The notes: generated by a model from the letters alone, not told the origin. Shown: positions 7,472-16,093, numbered from the stretch's first letter. The stretch: DNA of 32,000 nucleotides from an uncultured Oscillospiraceae bacterium (GCA_934661135.1 CAKUJA010000004.1:8814-40813); one strand, 5' to 3'. Translations and numbers: made by a program.

Positions 7472-9163
7472 TCAGTCTACTGTCGAGTTGATCGCCTTGG
7501 CTGCTTCCGCCGCGGTGGTTTCGCCGCGCAGCACCAGATCGCGGCAGTTTTCGCGCATCGTAACAAAATTGCCCTCGCGCACGGCGGCATATAGCTCATC
7601 GTAGGACGCGCCCTCGCTGATGAGCCGGCGCACCTTGCCGCTGACGGTCAGGATTTCAAACACCGCGCGGCGGCCGCGATAGCCGGTATGGTAGCATTCC
7701 TCACAGCCTTCGCCGCGGTAGAACTGCGTGTCGGAGTCCGCCGGCAGACCGAGCAGCTCCAGCTCCCCGGCGTTCGGCCGGTAGGCCTTTTTGCAGTGCG
7801 GGCAGACCTTACGCACAAGGCGCTGCGAAATGACGCCGCGCAGCGCACTGGAAATCAGATACAGCTCGACGCCGATGTCGACCAGGCGGTCGATCGCGGC
7901 GACAGAATCGTTGGTATGCAGGGTGGAGAGCACCAGATGGCCGGTGATCGCGGAGCGGATGGCGATGGCGCCGGTCTCGCCGTCGCGGATTTCGCCGACG
8001 GCGATGATGTCCGGGTCCTGGCGCAGAATCGCGCGCAGACCGACCGCGAACGTCATACCGGTTTTCTCGTTGATCTGACACTGGTTGACGCCGGGGATGT
8101 TGTATTCCACCGGATCTTCGAGCGTCATAATATTGGTCTCCTCGCTGCAAAGCTCCTGGAGCATGGCGCACATGGTCGTCGACTTGCCGGAGCCGGTGGG
8201 ACCGACAAGCAGGATGACGCCGCTACTGTTTTTCAGCAGCGCTTCATACTTGGCAAGGTCATCGCCCTCGAGACCGATTGTGCGGCTCGTGATATGCTGC
8301 TGCGACTTATCGAGCAGACGGAGCACGACCTTCTCGCCGTAGACCGTGGGCATGGAGGAGATACGCAGATCGATCTCATGCTGGCGGACGCGCACCATCG
8401 CGCGGCCATCCTGCGGGAGCTTGTGCTCGGAAATATTCATGCCGCCCATGATCTTCAGGCGGGAGACGACGGTGCTTTGCAGATTGGCCGGCACCGTGAG
8501 GATTTTGCGCAGAATGCCGTCGATGCGCATTCGGACGACCATCTCGCCGTCCTGCGGCTCGAGGTGGATGTCGCTGGCGCGCTCGGTGACGGCGCGCTCG
8601 ATGACGGAGTTGACGAACCGGATTGTCGGCGCGGCGGCTTCCGCGTCGACCCGCTGCGCCATCTGGACAGGGACAATGTCGTTGGAGGACGAGCCAGCCT
8701 CGCGCTTCATCTCCTCGATGGCGCGCGCCGTGCCCTCGCTGCCGTAGAGCGTGGCAATGGCCTGCTCGGTGGCGCGGCGCGTGGCGATCATCGGAACGAC
8801 CTGCTTGTGGCTGGCCGACTTGATCTCCTCCTGCGCAACGAAGTTCAGCGGGTCGCTCATGGCGACGAACAGCTCGTCCTTGACCAGCTTGACCGGCACG
8901 ACGCAGTATTTCTTCGCAATCGCACGCGGGACGAGCTTCGCCAGCTCGACCGGAATTGAGACGGCGGTCAGGTCGATAAAATCGACGCCGAGCTGCATTT
9001 GCAGCGCGTCGATGAGCTGCCGCTCCGTGATGATACGGTTATCGATCAGAACGTCACCAAGGCGCTGGCCGGTCTGCTTCTGAAGCGCCAGCGCTTCGCT
9101 GAGCTGCGCCTGATCGATCGCGCCCGCCGCAATCAGCAGATCGCCGAGCCGCATATATGCCAT
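7472..9163 (-). CDS. pilB: PilB/GspE-type pilus extension ATPase with N-terminal MshEN-like domain
   Basis: Start trimmed to MAYMRLGDLL at 9163, with GGAGGTG 5 nt upstream. Walker A GPTGSGKST. C-terminal tetracysteine CPHC..CEEC. The N-terminal repeat pair RLGDLLIAAGAIDQAQLSEALALQ and RLGDVLIDNRIITERQLIDALQMQ is present. Confidence 0.9.
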   Translation of the reverse strand: MAYMRLGDLLIAAGAIDQAQLSEALALQKQTGQRLGDVLIDNRIITERQLIDALQMQLGVDFIDLTAVSIPVELAKLVPRAIAKKYCVVPVKLVKDELFVAMSDPLNFVAQEEIKSASHKQVVPMIATRRATEQAIATLYGSEGTARAIEEMKREAGSSSNDIVPVQMAQRVDAEAAAPTIRFVNSVIERAVTERASDIHLEPQDGEMVVRMRIDGILRKILTVPANLQSTVVSRLKIMGGMNISEHKLPQDGRAMVRVRQHEIDLRISSMPTVYGEKVVLRLLDKSQQHITSRTIGLEGDDLAKYEALLKNSSGVILLVGPTGSGKSTTMCAMLQELCSEETNIMTLEDPVEYNIPGVNQCQINEKTGMTFAVGLRAILRQDPDIIAVGEIRDGETGAIAIRSAITGHLVLSTLHTNDSVAAIDRLVDIGVELYLISSALRGVISQRLVRKVCPHCKKAYRPNAGELELLGLPADSDTQFYRGEGCEECYHTGYRGRRAVFEILTVSGKVRRLISEGASYDELYAAVREGNFVTMRENCRDLVLRGETTAAEAAKAINSTVD

Positions 9164-9185
9164 GGTAACACCTCCGTACACACAA

Positions 9186-9214
9186 AGAAAGGGTGCGATT
9201 TCTCGCCCCTTTCT
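9186..9214 (-). promoter_or_regulatory. Terminator-like hairpin with GAAA tetraloop in the pilB 5' leader, abutting the RBS
   Basis: Minus-strand RNA is AGAAAGGG-GCGA-GAAA-UCGC-A-CCCUUUCU, followed by UUGUGUGUACGGAGGUG(RBS). That is 12 bp with one bulge and a U-rich 3' side. Confidence 0.4.
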
Positions 9215-9390
9215 CTCCCGTAATATCAATTTTACGTCTATTTTTTACCATATTCCGTCCGATTTTTCAACACAGTCCGGCAAATTTCGTCGGTTCCGTT
9301 AAGAAAACGTGAAGTTGCACAGTTATCGTTGAAATCTTTGTGGAAATTTTATAAAAAGTGTTCAGGAATATCTTGGAATTTATTCCTGAT

Positions 9391-11652
9391 TCAGGGACTT
9401 CCTGGGCTTTTCTTCGCACTTTCCGCCCGCAGAAGTGCTTCAAACTCCTGCTGCGGCATTGGCTTGCCGTAGTAGTAACCCTGCATATAGCGGCAGCCGA
9501 TGGCGGCCAGCGCATCCGCCTGCCGCTGCGTCTCCACACCCTCGGCGATGACGTCCATGTGCAGTCCCACGGCCATGGCGATTATCGACGCAAGAATCTG
9601 ACGGCTGCGCGCGTCGTCCTCCCCGGCGGAGAGGAACTTCATGTCGAGCTTGAGGACATCGACGTGCATCTCCTTGAGCATATTCAGCGACGAATAGCCG
9701 GAGCCGAAATCGTCCATTTCGACGCTGAACCCCGCGTCGCGGAGCTGGTTGACCTGCGCAATCAGGCGATCGGGTTTATCCACGTAGGCACTCTCGGTGA
9801 TCTCCAGCCGAAGCTGCGACGGCGCAAGGCCGTTCTGCCGCACAAGCTCCGTCAGCGTCTTCGGCAGATCCGGCTGACAGAGATCCATCCGCGAAATATT
9901 GACCGAGACCGGGACGGCAATGCCGGCGTCCTGCCAGGCACGCAGACAGCGGCAGGTCTTTTCCCAGACGAAGCGGTCGACCCGCGTGATGAGGCTGCTG
10001 TGCTCGAGCAGCGGGACGAATTCGCCCGGCGAGATCATGCCCTTGTGCGGGTGGCGCCAGCGGACAAGCGCTTCCGCGCCGGTATAGGCTTTGGTCTGAT
10101 AGTCGTACTGCGGCTGGAACCAGACCTCGAACTGCTCCTCGCGCAGCGCCGCGTCGACACTGCCGAGCAGCTTTTGCGCCTCCCGCAGCCGATCCATCTG
10201 CCCCGGCTGATAGTAGGCGATGTGCGTCGTGAGGTTGCCCTTAATGGTCTGGAGCGCGAGCAGCGCCTTGTAGCTCATAATATAGGGGTCGCGATCCTCC
10301 TCGCAGAGATCGTAGACGCCGATGTGCAGCACGAGCGAATAGTCGAGCTTATAGGCGGAATAGTGCTCGCAGAACAGGGCGTAGATCTCCTCCGGCGTCA
10401 TGCTGTCCTCGGCGCAGAAGCGGAGAAACGTGTCCGCCGTGAGGTGAGCGGCGAAACTGTCGTCGGTATTGTTGCCGCGCATAAACAGGCCGAAGTCGCG
10501 CAGCAGCGCGTTGCCGGCTTCATAGCCGAACGAGGCGTTGATGTGCTTAAAGCCGTCGAAATCGTAACGCAGCAGGCGGTATCTGCGGCCGGGATTGTCG
10601 CGCATCCACTCGTGGATGCGATGGTATAAGCCGGTTGCGTTATACAGGCCGGTCTGCGCGTCCATGCGGCTGGTGATGATGTCTGAGATGTTTTCACACG
10701 TGAACAGGATGCTCTCGCGGCGCGTGCCGAGCCATGTGTAGCGGAGCTTGAAATAGTGAATGTCTTCGCCGCCCTTCCACGGCTTTGTGCGGAGCGTGAC
10801 GTTGTATTCGCCAGACTGCAGGAGCTTCCGGCGGATATAGGCAAGGGAAACGACCTTTTCCAAGTCGCGGAACTCCTGTGCGTGCATGATACGGGCAAAG
10901 TCCGGCACGATCTCGCCCTGATAGTCAAAAAGCTTGCGGCCGGCGGCGCGCAGCGCACGAGCGGGTCGCTCATCCTGAATCAGGCAGAGCCGGCCGCTTT
11001 CCGGGTCGATCAGGGCCGTGCAGAGGAAATCGTTTCGGATCAGGTTATGGGCGATCTGCTCCATGCGCTTTTCCTCGTTGACGTCGAGCGCGTAGGCGAC
11101 AGCTTCAATCTCGTCATTCTGCGGGTTTTCCATCAGCTCGATGCAGAGGCGGTACCACACATAGCGTTTGCCGTCGAGCCGCATGAGAAAGTCGCCGCGG
11201 AGCGCAAGCTCCCCCGCGGTGAAATGGCGCTGAAAGCTGTCCAGCGACATGACGCTTAAAAACTCGGCGCGGTCGCTCGGGTGGACGCAGAAGCTCAGCT
11301 TTTTGAAAAAGCCGTCGACGCTGCCGGAGTAGCCGTCGCCCAGGTAGAGCGCAGGGTCAAGCATCTGTCCATCGCAGGTGTTGCGCGTGAGATTCATGCG
11401 GTAGGAGCCGACGATGTCTTTGCGGTTGAGGAAGTGGGCGCGCTGCGAGGTATGATACGTCTCCAGCGTTTGCTGGTCTTTCTCCTCACGGCGGCGCAGC
11501 TCGTGCAGGCGGCTGTGCTGGTGGAGCATGATGCCTGCGGCAACCAGCACCAGCACTGCAATTGAGATACCGGCCACAAGCGTGTCCCAGCGCGTCGCTT
11601 CAGACAGCAGAAACAGCCCGGGATAAGTTTGCTCCAAAGCAGTGTGCAGCAT
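9391..11652 (-). CDS. Membrane-anchored PAS-PAS-(degenerate GGDEF)-EAL protein, probable c-di-GMP phosphodiesterase
   Basis: 753 aa with an N-terminal TM helix. The GGDEF-fold region has DFDGFKHINASFGYEAGN, and LTADTF stands where GGDEF should be. The EAL domain has EALVRW, NISR, EITE, DDFGSGYSS, KLD, EGVET and QGYYYGKP all present. Confidence 0.9.
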   Translation of the reverse strand: MLHTALEQTYPGLFLLSEATRWDTLVAGISIAVLVLVAAGIMLHQHSRLHELRRREEKDQQTLETYHTSQRAHFLNRKDIVGSYRMNLTRNTCDGQMLDPALYLGDGYSGSVDGFFKKLSFCVHPSDRAEFLSVMSLDSFQRHFTAGELALRGDFLMRLDGKRYVWYRLCIELMENPQNDEIEAVAYALDVNEEKRMEQIAHNLIRNDFLCTALIDPESGRLCLIQDERPARALRAAGRKLFDYQGEIVPDFARIMHAQEFRDLEKVVSLAYIRRKLLQSGEYNVTLRTKPWKGGEDIHYFKLRYTWLGTRRESILFTCENISDIITSRMDAQTGLYNATGLYHRIHEWMRDNPGRRYRLLRYDFDGFKHINASFGYEAGNALLRDFGLFMRGNNTDDSFAAHLTADTFLRFCAEDSMTPEEIYALFCEHYSAYKLDYSLVLHIGVYDLCEEDRDPYIMSYKALLALQTIKGNLTTHIAYYQPGQMDRLREAQKLLGSVDAALREEQFEVWFQPQYDYQTKAYTGAEALVRWRHPHKGMISPGEFVPLLEHSSLITRVDRFVWEKTCRCLRAWQDAGIAVPVSVNISRMDLCQPDLPKTLTELVRQNGLAPSQLRLEITESAYVDKPDRLIAQVNQLRDAGFSVEMDDFGSGYSSLNMLKEMHVDVLKLDMKFLSAGEDDARSRQILASIIAMAVGLHMDVIAEGVETQRQADALAAIGCRYMQGYYYGKPMPQQEFEALLRAESAKKSPGSP

Positions 11653-11814
11653 CGTGTCTTACGCCTTCTTTCTCTCCATAGGTTGCTTCCGATCAATTCG
11701 CGTACAGTATATCGTTTTGCGGCAAATTTTGCAATCAGAAAAAACGCTGATAACTTCTCTGGTTTTTCTCCGCACCCAAGGGTGCGTTTTTGTGCAATTT
11801 CCGGTGGTTTTTTC

Positions 11815-11843
11815 TTGCATGATTCCCAAACGCGTGTTATTAT
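11815..11843 (+). promoter_or_regulatory. Sigma-A type promoter candidate TTGCAT-17-TATTAT for the REC-HD-GYP-GGDEF operon
   Basis: -35 hexamer at 11815-11820 and -10 hexamer at 11838-11843, with 17-nt spacing. Confidence 0.45.
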
Positions 11844-11871
11844 ATCAACGATAACTTTGGAGCTTGGATGA

Positions 11872-11897
11872 GGCGCTGGCACCCCGGCGTCTTTTTT
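11872..11897 (+). terminator. Terminator-like hairpin plus T6 inside the leader of the REC-HD-GYP-GGDEF gene
   Basis: GGCGCTGG-CACC-CCGGCGTC (8 bp, including 2 G-U pairs) followed by TTTTTT, about 50 nt before the GTG start. Possible attenuator. Confidence 0.4.
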
Positions 11898-11949
11898 GTG
11901 CGCACACTGAACGACCCGCCAGCGCGCGGAACAGAGGGGGGAGCGGCCT

Positions 11950-14334
11950 GTGAAATCAAAACCCACGATCTTAATCGCGGACGATTCCGTCATAAATCAG
12001 CAGATTTTGACCGACATTCTCGGCGAGGAGTATGAATACCTCTACGCCGACAACGGAATGCACGCGCTCGAGCTGCTCGAGAGCAGCACCGACATCGATC
12101 TGCTGCTGCTCGACATCAATATGCCGCAGCTTGACGGCTTCGGCGTGCTCGACGTAATGAACCGCCGCCGCTGGATTGAGGAAATACCGGTCATTATCAT
12201 CTCCGCGGAGGACGACGCCGACTTCATCAGGCGCGGCTATGACCTCGGCGTGATGGACTACCTCCACCGCCCCTTCAATTTCATGGTCGTTCGGCACCGC
12301 GTGAGCAATATGCTGATGCTCTATGCGCGCCAGAAGCGGCTTACGCAGCTTGTGGAGGCGCAGGTGCTTGAACGCGAAAAAACGAACAGCACCATGGTCA
12401 ACATTCTCAGCCACGTCATCGAAACGCGCAACAACGAGTCCGGCGAGCATCTGCTCCACGTGCGCACGCTGACCGAGCTGGTCCTGCGCCAGCTTATGAC
12501 GCTGACCGACCAATATCCGCTGAGCGAAGCGGACATCGCGATGATTACCACGCTCTCCGCGCTGCACGACATCGGCAAGATCGGCATTCCCACGGCGATT
12601 TTGAACAAACCCGGCAAGCTGACCGCCGAGGAATTTGAGCGTATGAAGAACCACTCCGCCATCGGCGACGCGCTGCTGGCGGACGTACCCATTTCGCAGG
12701 ACGACCCGCTGATGCGCACCGCGCACGAGATCTGCCGCTGGCACCACGAACGCTGGGACGGGCGCGGATACCCGGACGGCCTGCGCGGAGACGAGATTCC
12801 GATTTCGGCGCAGGTGGTTGCGCTGGCCGACGTCTATGACGCACTGACCAGCGAGCGCTGCTACAAAAAGGCCGTCCCGCACGAGACGGCCATCCAGATG
12901 ATTGCCAACGGCGAATGCGGCGCGTTTAACCCGCTGCTGACGGACTGCCTGCGCGCCGTTGCCGACAAGCTCGTCACAGCGATAAAGCAGTCGCCGTCCA
13001 AGTTCGATTTTCGTTCCGAGGCGCAGCGGTTGACGACCGAGGTGCTCGCGCAGGAGGATCTGCCCGCCGACGACCGCGCGCGCCGCCTGCTGATGATTGA
13101 GCAGACCAAAACCGCATTTTTTGCGCACCAGTGCGGCGGCATCCAGTTTGAATACGACCGCTGGCTGAACAAGGTGATCTACACCGACTGGTACGCCGAG
13201 CGCGGCGCGCGCCGCCGCGTGCTCTATCTGGACGACGGCGACGACACGCAGCTTCTTCAGCAGAAAGACTGGGATGCGCTGCGCAAGCGTATCCTCACAA
13301 GCACGCGCGAAAACCCGGAATTCGAGATGGAGGCGCTGATTCCGGTCGGCAAGACCTGGCGCTGGCACCGGCTGCGCGTACGGACCATCTGGACGAGCAA
13401 GGATATTGCCTGCTCCGGCGCGGTCGGCCAGTTCACCGACATCCACAATCAGGTCATTGCCCGCGGATTTGCCGCGCTGAACCCGCCAAACCACGAGATG
13501 CCGCAGGCCGAAACGACGATGGAAGAACTGAGGCGGCTGTTCGACGTGGTACGTATTGTCGACCCCAAGACCTGCCATGTCATGGCGCTCGGCGAGGACG
13601 GCGTGCCGGTGGACACCAACGAGTTCTGCTATTCCTTCTGGGGGCGGCAGACAAGCTGCGAAAACTGCTCGTCATCGCGCGCAATGAGCGAGGAGCGCTG
13701 GACGAACAAGCTCGAATTCCAAGGCAGCACGGCCTATTTTGTGATCTCCCGCTACCAGGAGATCGGCGGGAAGCGCTGTGTGCTGGAGATCGCGTCACGG
13801 CTCGATGAGGATCTCGCGGCACCCTCGTGCGACGGCTGCGGACAGGCCGCAGTGCCGCGCAGCTATCTGCTGACGTTCTACCGCGACGCGCTCACCCGCG
13901 CCTATTCCCGGCTGTATCTTGACACCTTTTCGCCAAGACTCGAACACGCCGACGGTGTGGCCATCATCGACGTGGACAAATTCAAGCAGATTAACGACAC
14001 CTACGGCCACCCGGTCGGCGACAAGGCGCTGCGTATCATCGCGGGCACGATTCTCTCCTGCATCCGCGACAGCGACACGCTGATCCGCTACGGCGGCGAC
14101 GAATTTCTGCTGCTGTTCTCGAAGATCTCGGAAGAAGTCTTTCACCGCCGCCTGGCGCAGATTCGCTCCGCTGTGGCCGGCACGCCGCTGCCCGGGCACC
14201 CGGAGCTGCATTTGAACATCAGCGTCGGCGGCGTCTACCAGGTCTATCCGCTGGGCGAAGCCATCCGGCAGGCCGATCTGAAGATGTACCAAAGTAAAAC
14301 GGCGAAAGAATCGTCCAAGGAGGATGCAATATGA
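11950..14334 (+). CDS. Response-regulator receiver - HD-GYP - PAS - Cys-rich module - GGDEF multidomain protein
   Basis: 794 aa, GTG start after GGGGGGAG. REC domain (ILIADDS, LLLLDINMP). HD-GYP domain (ALHDIGKIGIP, HHERWDGRGYPDGL). GGDEF domain (DVDKFKQINDTYGHPVGD, RYGGDEFLL) with an RDSD I-site 5 residues upstream of GGDEF. Confidence 0.9.
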   Translation: MKSKPTILIADDSVINQQILTDILGEEYEYLYADNGMHALELLESSTDIDLLLLDINMPQLDGFGVLDVMNRRRWIEEIPVIIISAEDDADFIRRGYDLGVMDYLHRPFNFMVVRHRVSNMLMLYARQKRLTQLVEAQVLEREKTNSTMVNILSHVIETRNNESGEHLLHVRTLTELVLRQLMTLTDQYPLSEADIAMITTLSALHDIGKIGIPTAILNKPGKLTAEEFERMKNHSAIGDALLADVPISQDDPLMRTAHEICRWHHERWDGRGYPDGLRGDEIPISAQVVALADVYDALTSERCYKKAVPHETAIQMIANGECGAFNPLLTDCLRAVADKLVTAIKQSPSKFDFRSEAQRLTTEVLAQEDLPADDRARRLLMIEQTKTAFFAHQCGGIQFEYDRWLNKVIYTDWYAERGARRRVLYLDDGDDTQLLQQKDWDALRKRILTSTRENPEFEMEALIPVGKTWRWHRLRVRTIWTSKDIACSGAVGQFTDIHNQVIARGFAALNPPNHEMPQAETTMEELRRLFDVVRIVDPKTCHVMALGEDGVPVDTNEFCYSFWGRQTSCENCSSSRAMSEERWTNKLEFQGSTAYFVISRYQEIGGKRCVLEIASRLDEDLAAPSCDGCGQAAVPRSYLLTFYRDALTRAYSRLYLDTFSPRLEHADGVAIIDVDKFKQINDTYGHPVGDKALRIIAGTILSCIRDSDTLIRYGGDEFLLLFSKISEEVFHRRLAQIRSAVAGTPLPGHPELHLNISVGGVYQVYPLGEAIRQADLKMYQSKTAKESSKEDAI

Positions 14335-14684
14335 TCACGCTGGCTGAGTTCTATGCCCGCCTGGGCGGGAGCCGCGAGGAAGTCCTGAAGCGAATCCCCA
14401 CCGAGAAAATGATTCTGAAATTTGTCAATATGTATAAAGCCGACCCCAGCTATGGACAGCTCACCGCGGCCGTCAAGGTCGAGGACTGGCAGAGCGCGTT
14501 CCGCGCGGCGCACGCGCTCAAGGGCGTGGCGCTAAACCTCGGCTTTGAAAGACTGCAAGCCGCCGCGTCCACGCTGGCCGAGGCGCTGCGCGGCGCAAAG
14601 CCGCTGACCGATCCGTCGCTGCTCGAAGCCGTGACCCGCGAGCATGAGGAGACGATGGCCGCGTTGTCTGCGTTGGAGGACTGA
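14331..14684 (+). CDS. Stand-alone Hpt (histidine phosphotransfer) domain protein
   Basis: 117 aa. Contains the AAHALKGVALNLG motif (H-x-x-K-G). ATGA overlap with the upstream gene. Confidence 0.8.
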   Translation: MITLAEFYARLGGSREEVLKRIPTEKMILKFVNMYKADPSYGQLTAAVKVEDWQSAFRAAHALKGVALNLGFERLQAAASTLAEALRGAKPLTDPSLLEAVTREHEETMAALSALED

Positions 14685-14722
14685 CACGGTCTGTCCCGCA
14701 TGGCGCGGAATTTCCAGTTCAG

Positions 14723-14806
14723 GTGGCCGTCAATGACGCGATCCGCAGCGCCGACGAGATGATATACCACGATAAGGAGCTGTACCGCGAGCACGTAGTC
14801 CTCTGA
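14723..14806 (+). pseudogene. Possible orphan 3' remnant of a GGDEF-domain gene
   Basis: Frame reads VAVNDAIRSADEMIYHDKELYREHVVL*. It resembles the C-terminus of the neighbouring GGDEF protein (EAIRQADLKMYQSK). No start codon or upstream domain is present. Confidence 0.3.
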
Positions 14807-14830
14807 ATGGGCACGTCCGGGCATAAATGA

Positions 14831-14865
14831 GCACCCGCCGCTCTGCTTGGCAGAGCGGCGGGTGC
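14831..14865. terminator. Bidirectional intrinsic terminator between convergent operons
   Basis: GCACCCGCCGCTCTGC-TTG-GCAGAGCGGCGGGTGC, a perfect 16-bp stem followed by TTTGA. Sits between the Hpt operon and tcdA. Confidence 0.75.
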
Positions 14866-14883
14866 TTTGACTCTATGGGACGA

Positions 14884-15639
14884 TCAGTGGGCGACCAGAT
14901 CCTTGATGACCTCGCCGGCGATAATCAGGCCGACGACCGGCGGCACGAAGGCCGTGGAGCCGGGGATGTCGCGGCGCTCGGTGCATTTGCGCGTCGTACC
15001 CGGCGGGCAGACGCAGTGGTTGCGGCAGGAGATGGTTCCGTCATCCATCGGGCGGATCGGCTTTTCCTGCGAGTAGACGACCTTCAGGCTCTTGATGCCG
15101 CGCTTGCGGCACTGGACGCGCATGACGCGCGAGAGCGGGCAGACGGACGTCTCGTAGATGTCGGCCACGCGAAAGGCCGTGGGGTCGAGCTTGTTGCCCG
15201 CGCCCATGGCGCAGATGATCGGCGTGCCCACCGCCTTCGCCTGCTCGACGAGGGAGAGCTTGCCGGAGACGGTATCGATCGCGTCGACCACGTAGTCATA
15301 CTGCGAAAAGTCGAACTGATCCTGCGTCTCGGGCAGGTAGAAGCACTTGTGCGTTGTGACCACGCAGTTGGGGTTGATGGCGTGGATGCGCTCCTCCGCG
15401 ACATCGACCTTGTATTTGCCGACGGTGGTGCGCAGCGCTATGATCTGGCGGTTGATATTGGTCAGGCAGACGCGGTCATCATCGATGAGGTCGAGCGCGC
15501 CGACGCCGGAGCGCGCGAGCGCTTCAACGGTATAGCCGCCGACGCCGCCGATGCCGAACACGGCCACGCGGCTGTTTGCGAGTTTCTCCATGGCCTCATG
15601 GCCGAGAAGCAGTTCGGTTCTGGAAAATTGATTCAGCAT
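14884..15639 (-). CDS. tcdA: tRNA threonylcarbamoyladenosine dehydratase (ThiF/E1-like, TcdA/CsdL family)
   Basis: 251 aa. Contains FGIGGVGG, the Rossmann motif of ThiF/MoeB-like proteins, with typical TcdA length and sequence style. Confidence 0.8.
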   Translation of the reverse strand: MLNQFSRTELLLGHEAMEKLANSRVAVFGIGGVGGYTVEALARSGVGALDLIDDDRVCLTNINRQIIALRTTVGKYKVDVAEERIHAINPNCVVTTHKCFYLPETQDQFDFSQYDYVVDAIDTVSGKLSLVEQAKAVGTPIICAMGAGNKLDPTAFRVADIYETSVCPLSRVMRVQCRKRGIKSLKVVYSQEKPIRPMDDGTISCRNHCVCPPGTTRKCTERRDIPGSTAFVPPVVGLIIAGEVIKDLVAH

Positions 15640-15648
15640 AAGACCATC

Positions 15649-16074
15649 CTAAATTACATAATTGTCTGCCTGGGGCGCGCTCATCAGGTCTGCCAGCGTG
15701 ATGCCCTCAAAATAGTCCTGCGTGAGCTTGTAATATCCCCGCCAGACCGGAAGCGTGCGGCACTCGGCCGCGCGGGTGCATGGCTCCGCGCCGCTTTGCA
15801 GGCAGGCTACGGGCGCAAGGCTGCCCTCGGCGATGCGCAGGATTTCCCAGAGCGTATACTGCTCCGGCTCGCGCGTCAGGCGGTAGCCGCCACCGATGCC
15901 GTGGGTGCTGGCGATCAGGCCGGCCGCTTTGAGCGGCGGCAAAATCCGCTCGACATATTTCAGTGAGATCTCCTGCCGGGCAGCGACCTCCTTCATCGGG
16001 ATATAGCTGCCGTTATAATGCTCCGCAAGATCGAGCAGGATGCGGATGGAGTACCTGCCTTTGGTTGAGATCAT
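15649..16074 (-). CDS. Rrf2-family transcriptional regulator (CymR/IscR-like, three Cys ligands)
   Basis: 141 aa starting MISTKGRYSIRILLDLA, with a winged HTH. Contains C-x7-C-x5-C (VACLQSGAEPCTRAAEC). GGAAAGGAG RBS. Stop codon is TAG. Confidence 0.9.
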   Translation of the reverse strand: MISTKGRYSIRILLDLAEHYNGSYIPMKEVAARQEISLKYVERILPPLKAAGLIASTHGIGGGYRLTREPEQYTLWEILRIAEGSLAPVACLQSGAEPCTRAAECRTLPVWRGYYKLTQDYFEGITLADLMSAPQADNYVI

Positions 16075-16093
16075 GGTGGCTCCTTTCCGGGTT

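Noticed and set aside
9164-9390. c-di-GMP riboswitch (GEMM-I or class II) in the pilB leader
   Set aside because: I could not align the conserved cores by eye. It is kept only as a low-interest finding pending a covariance-model search.
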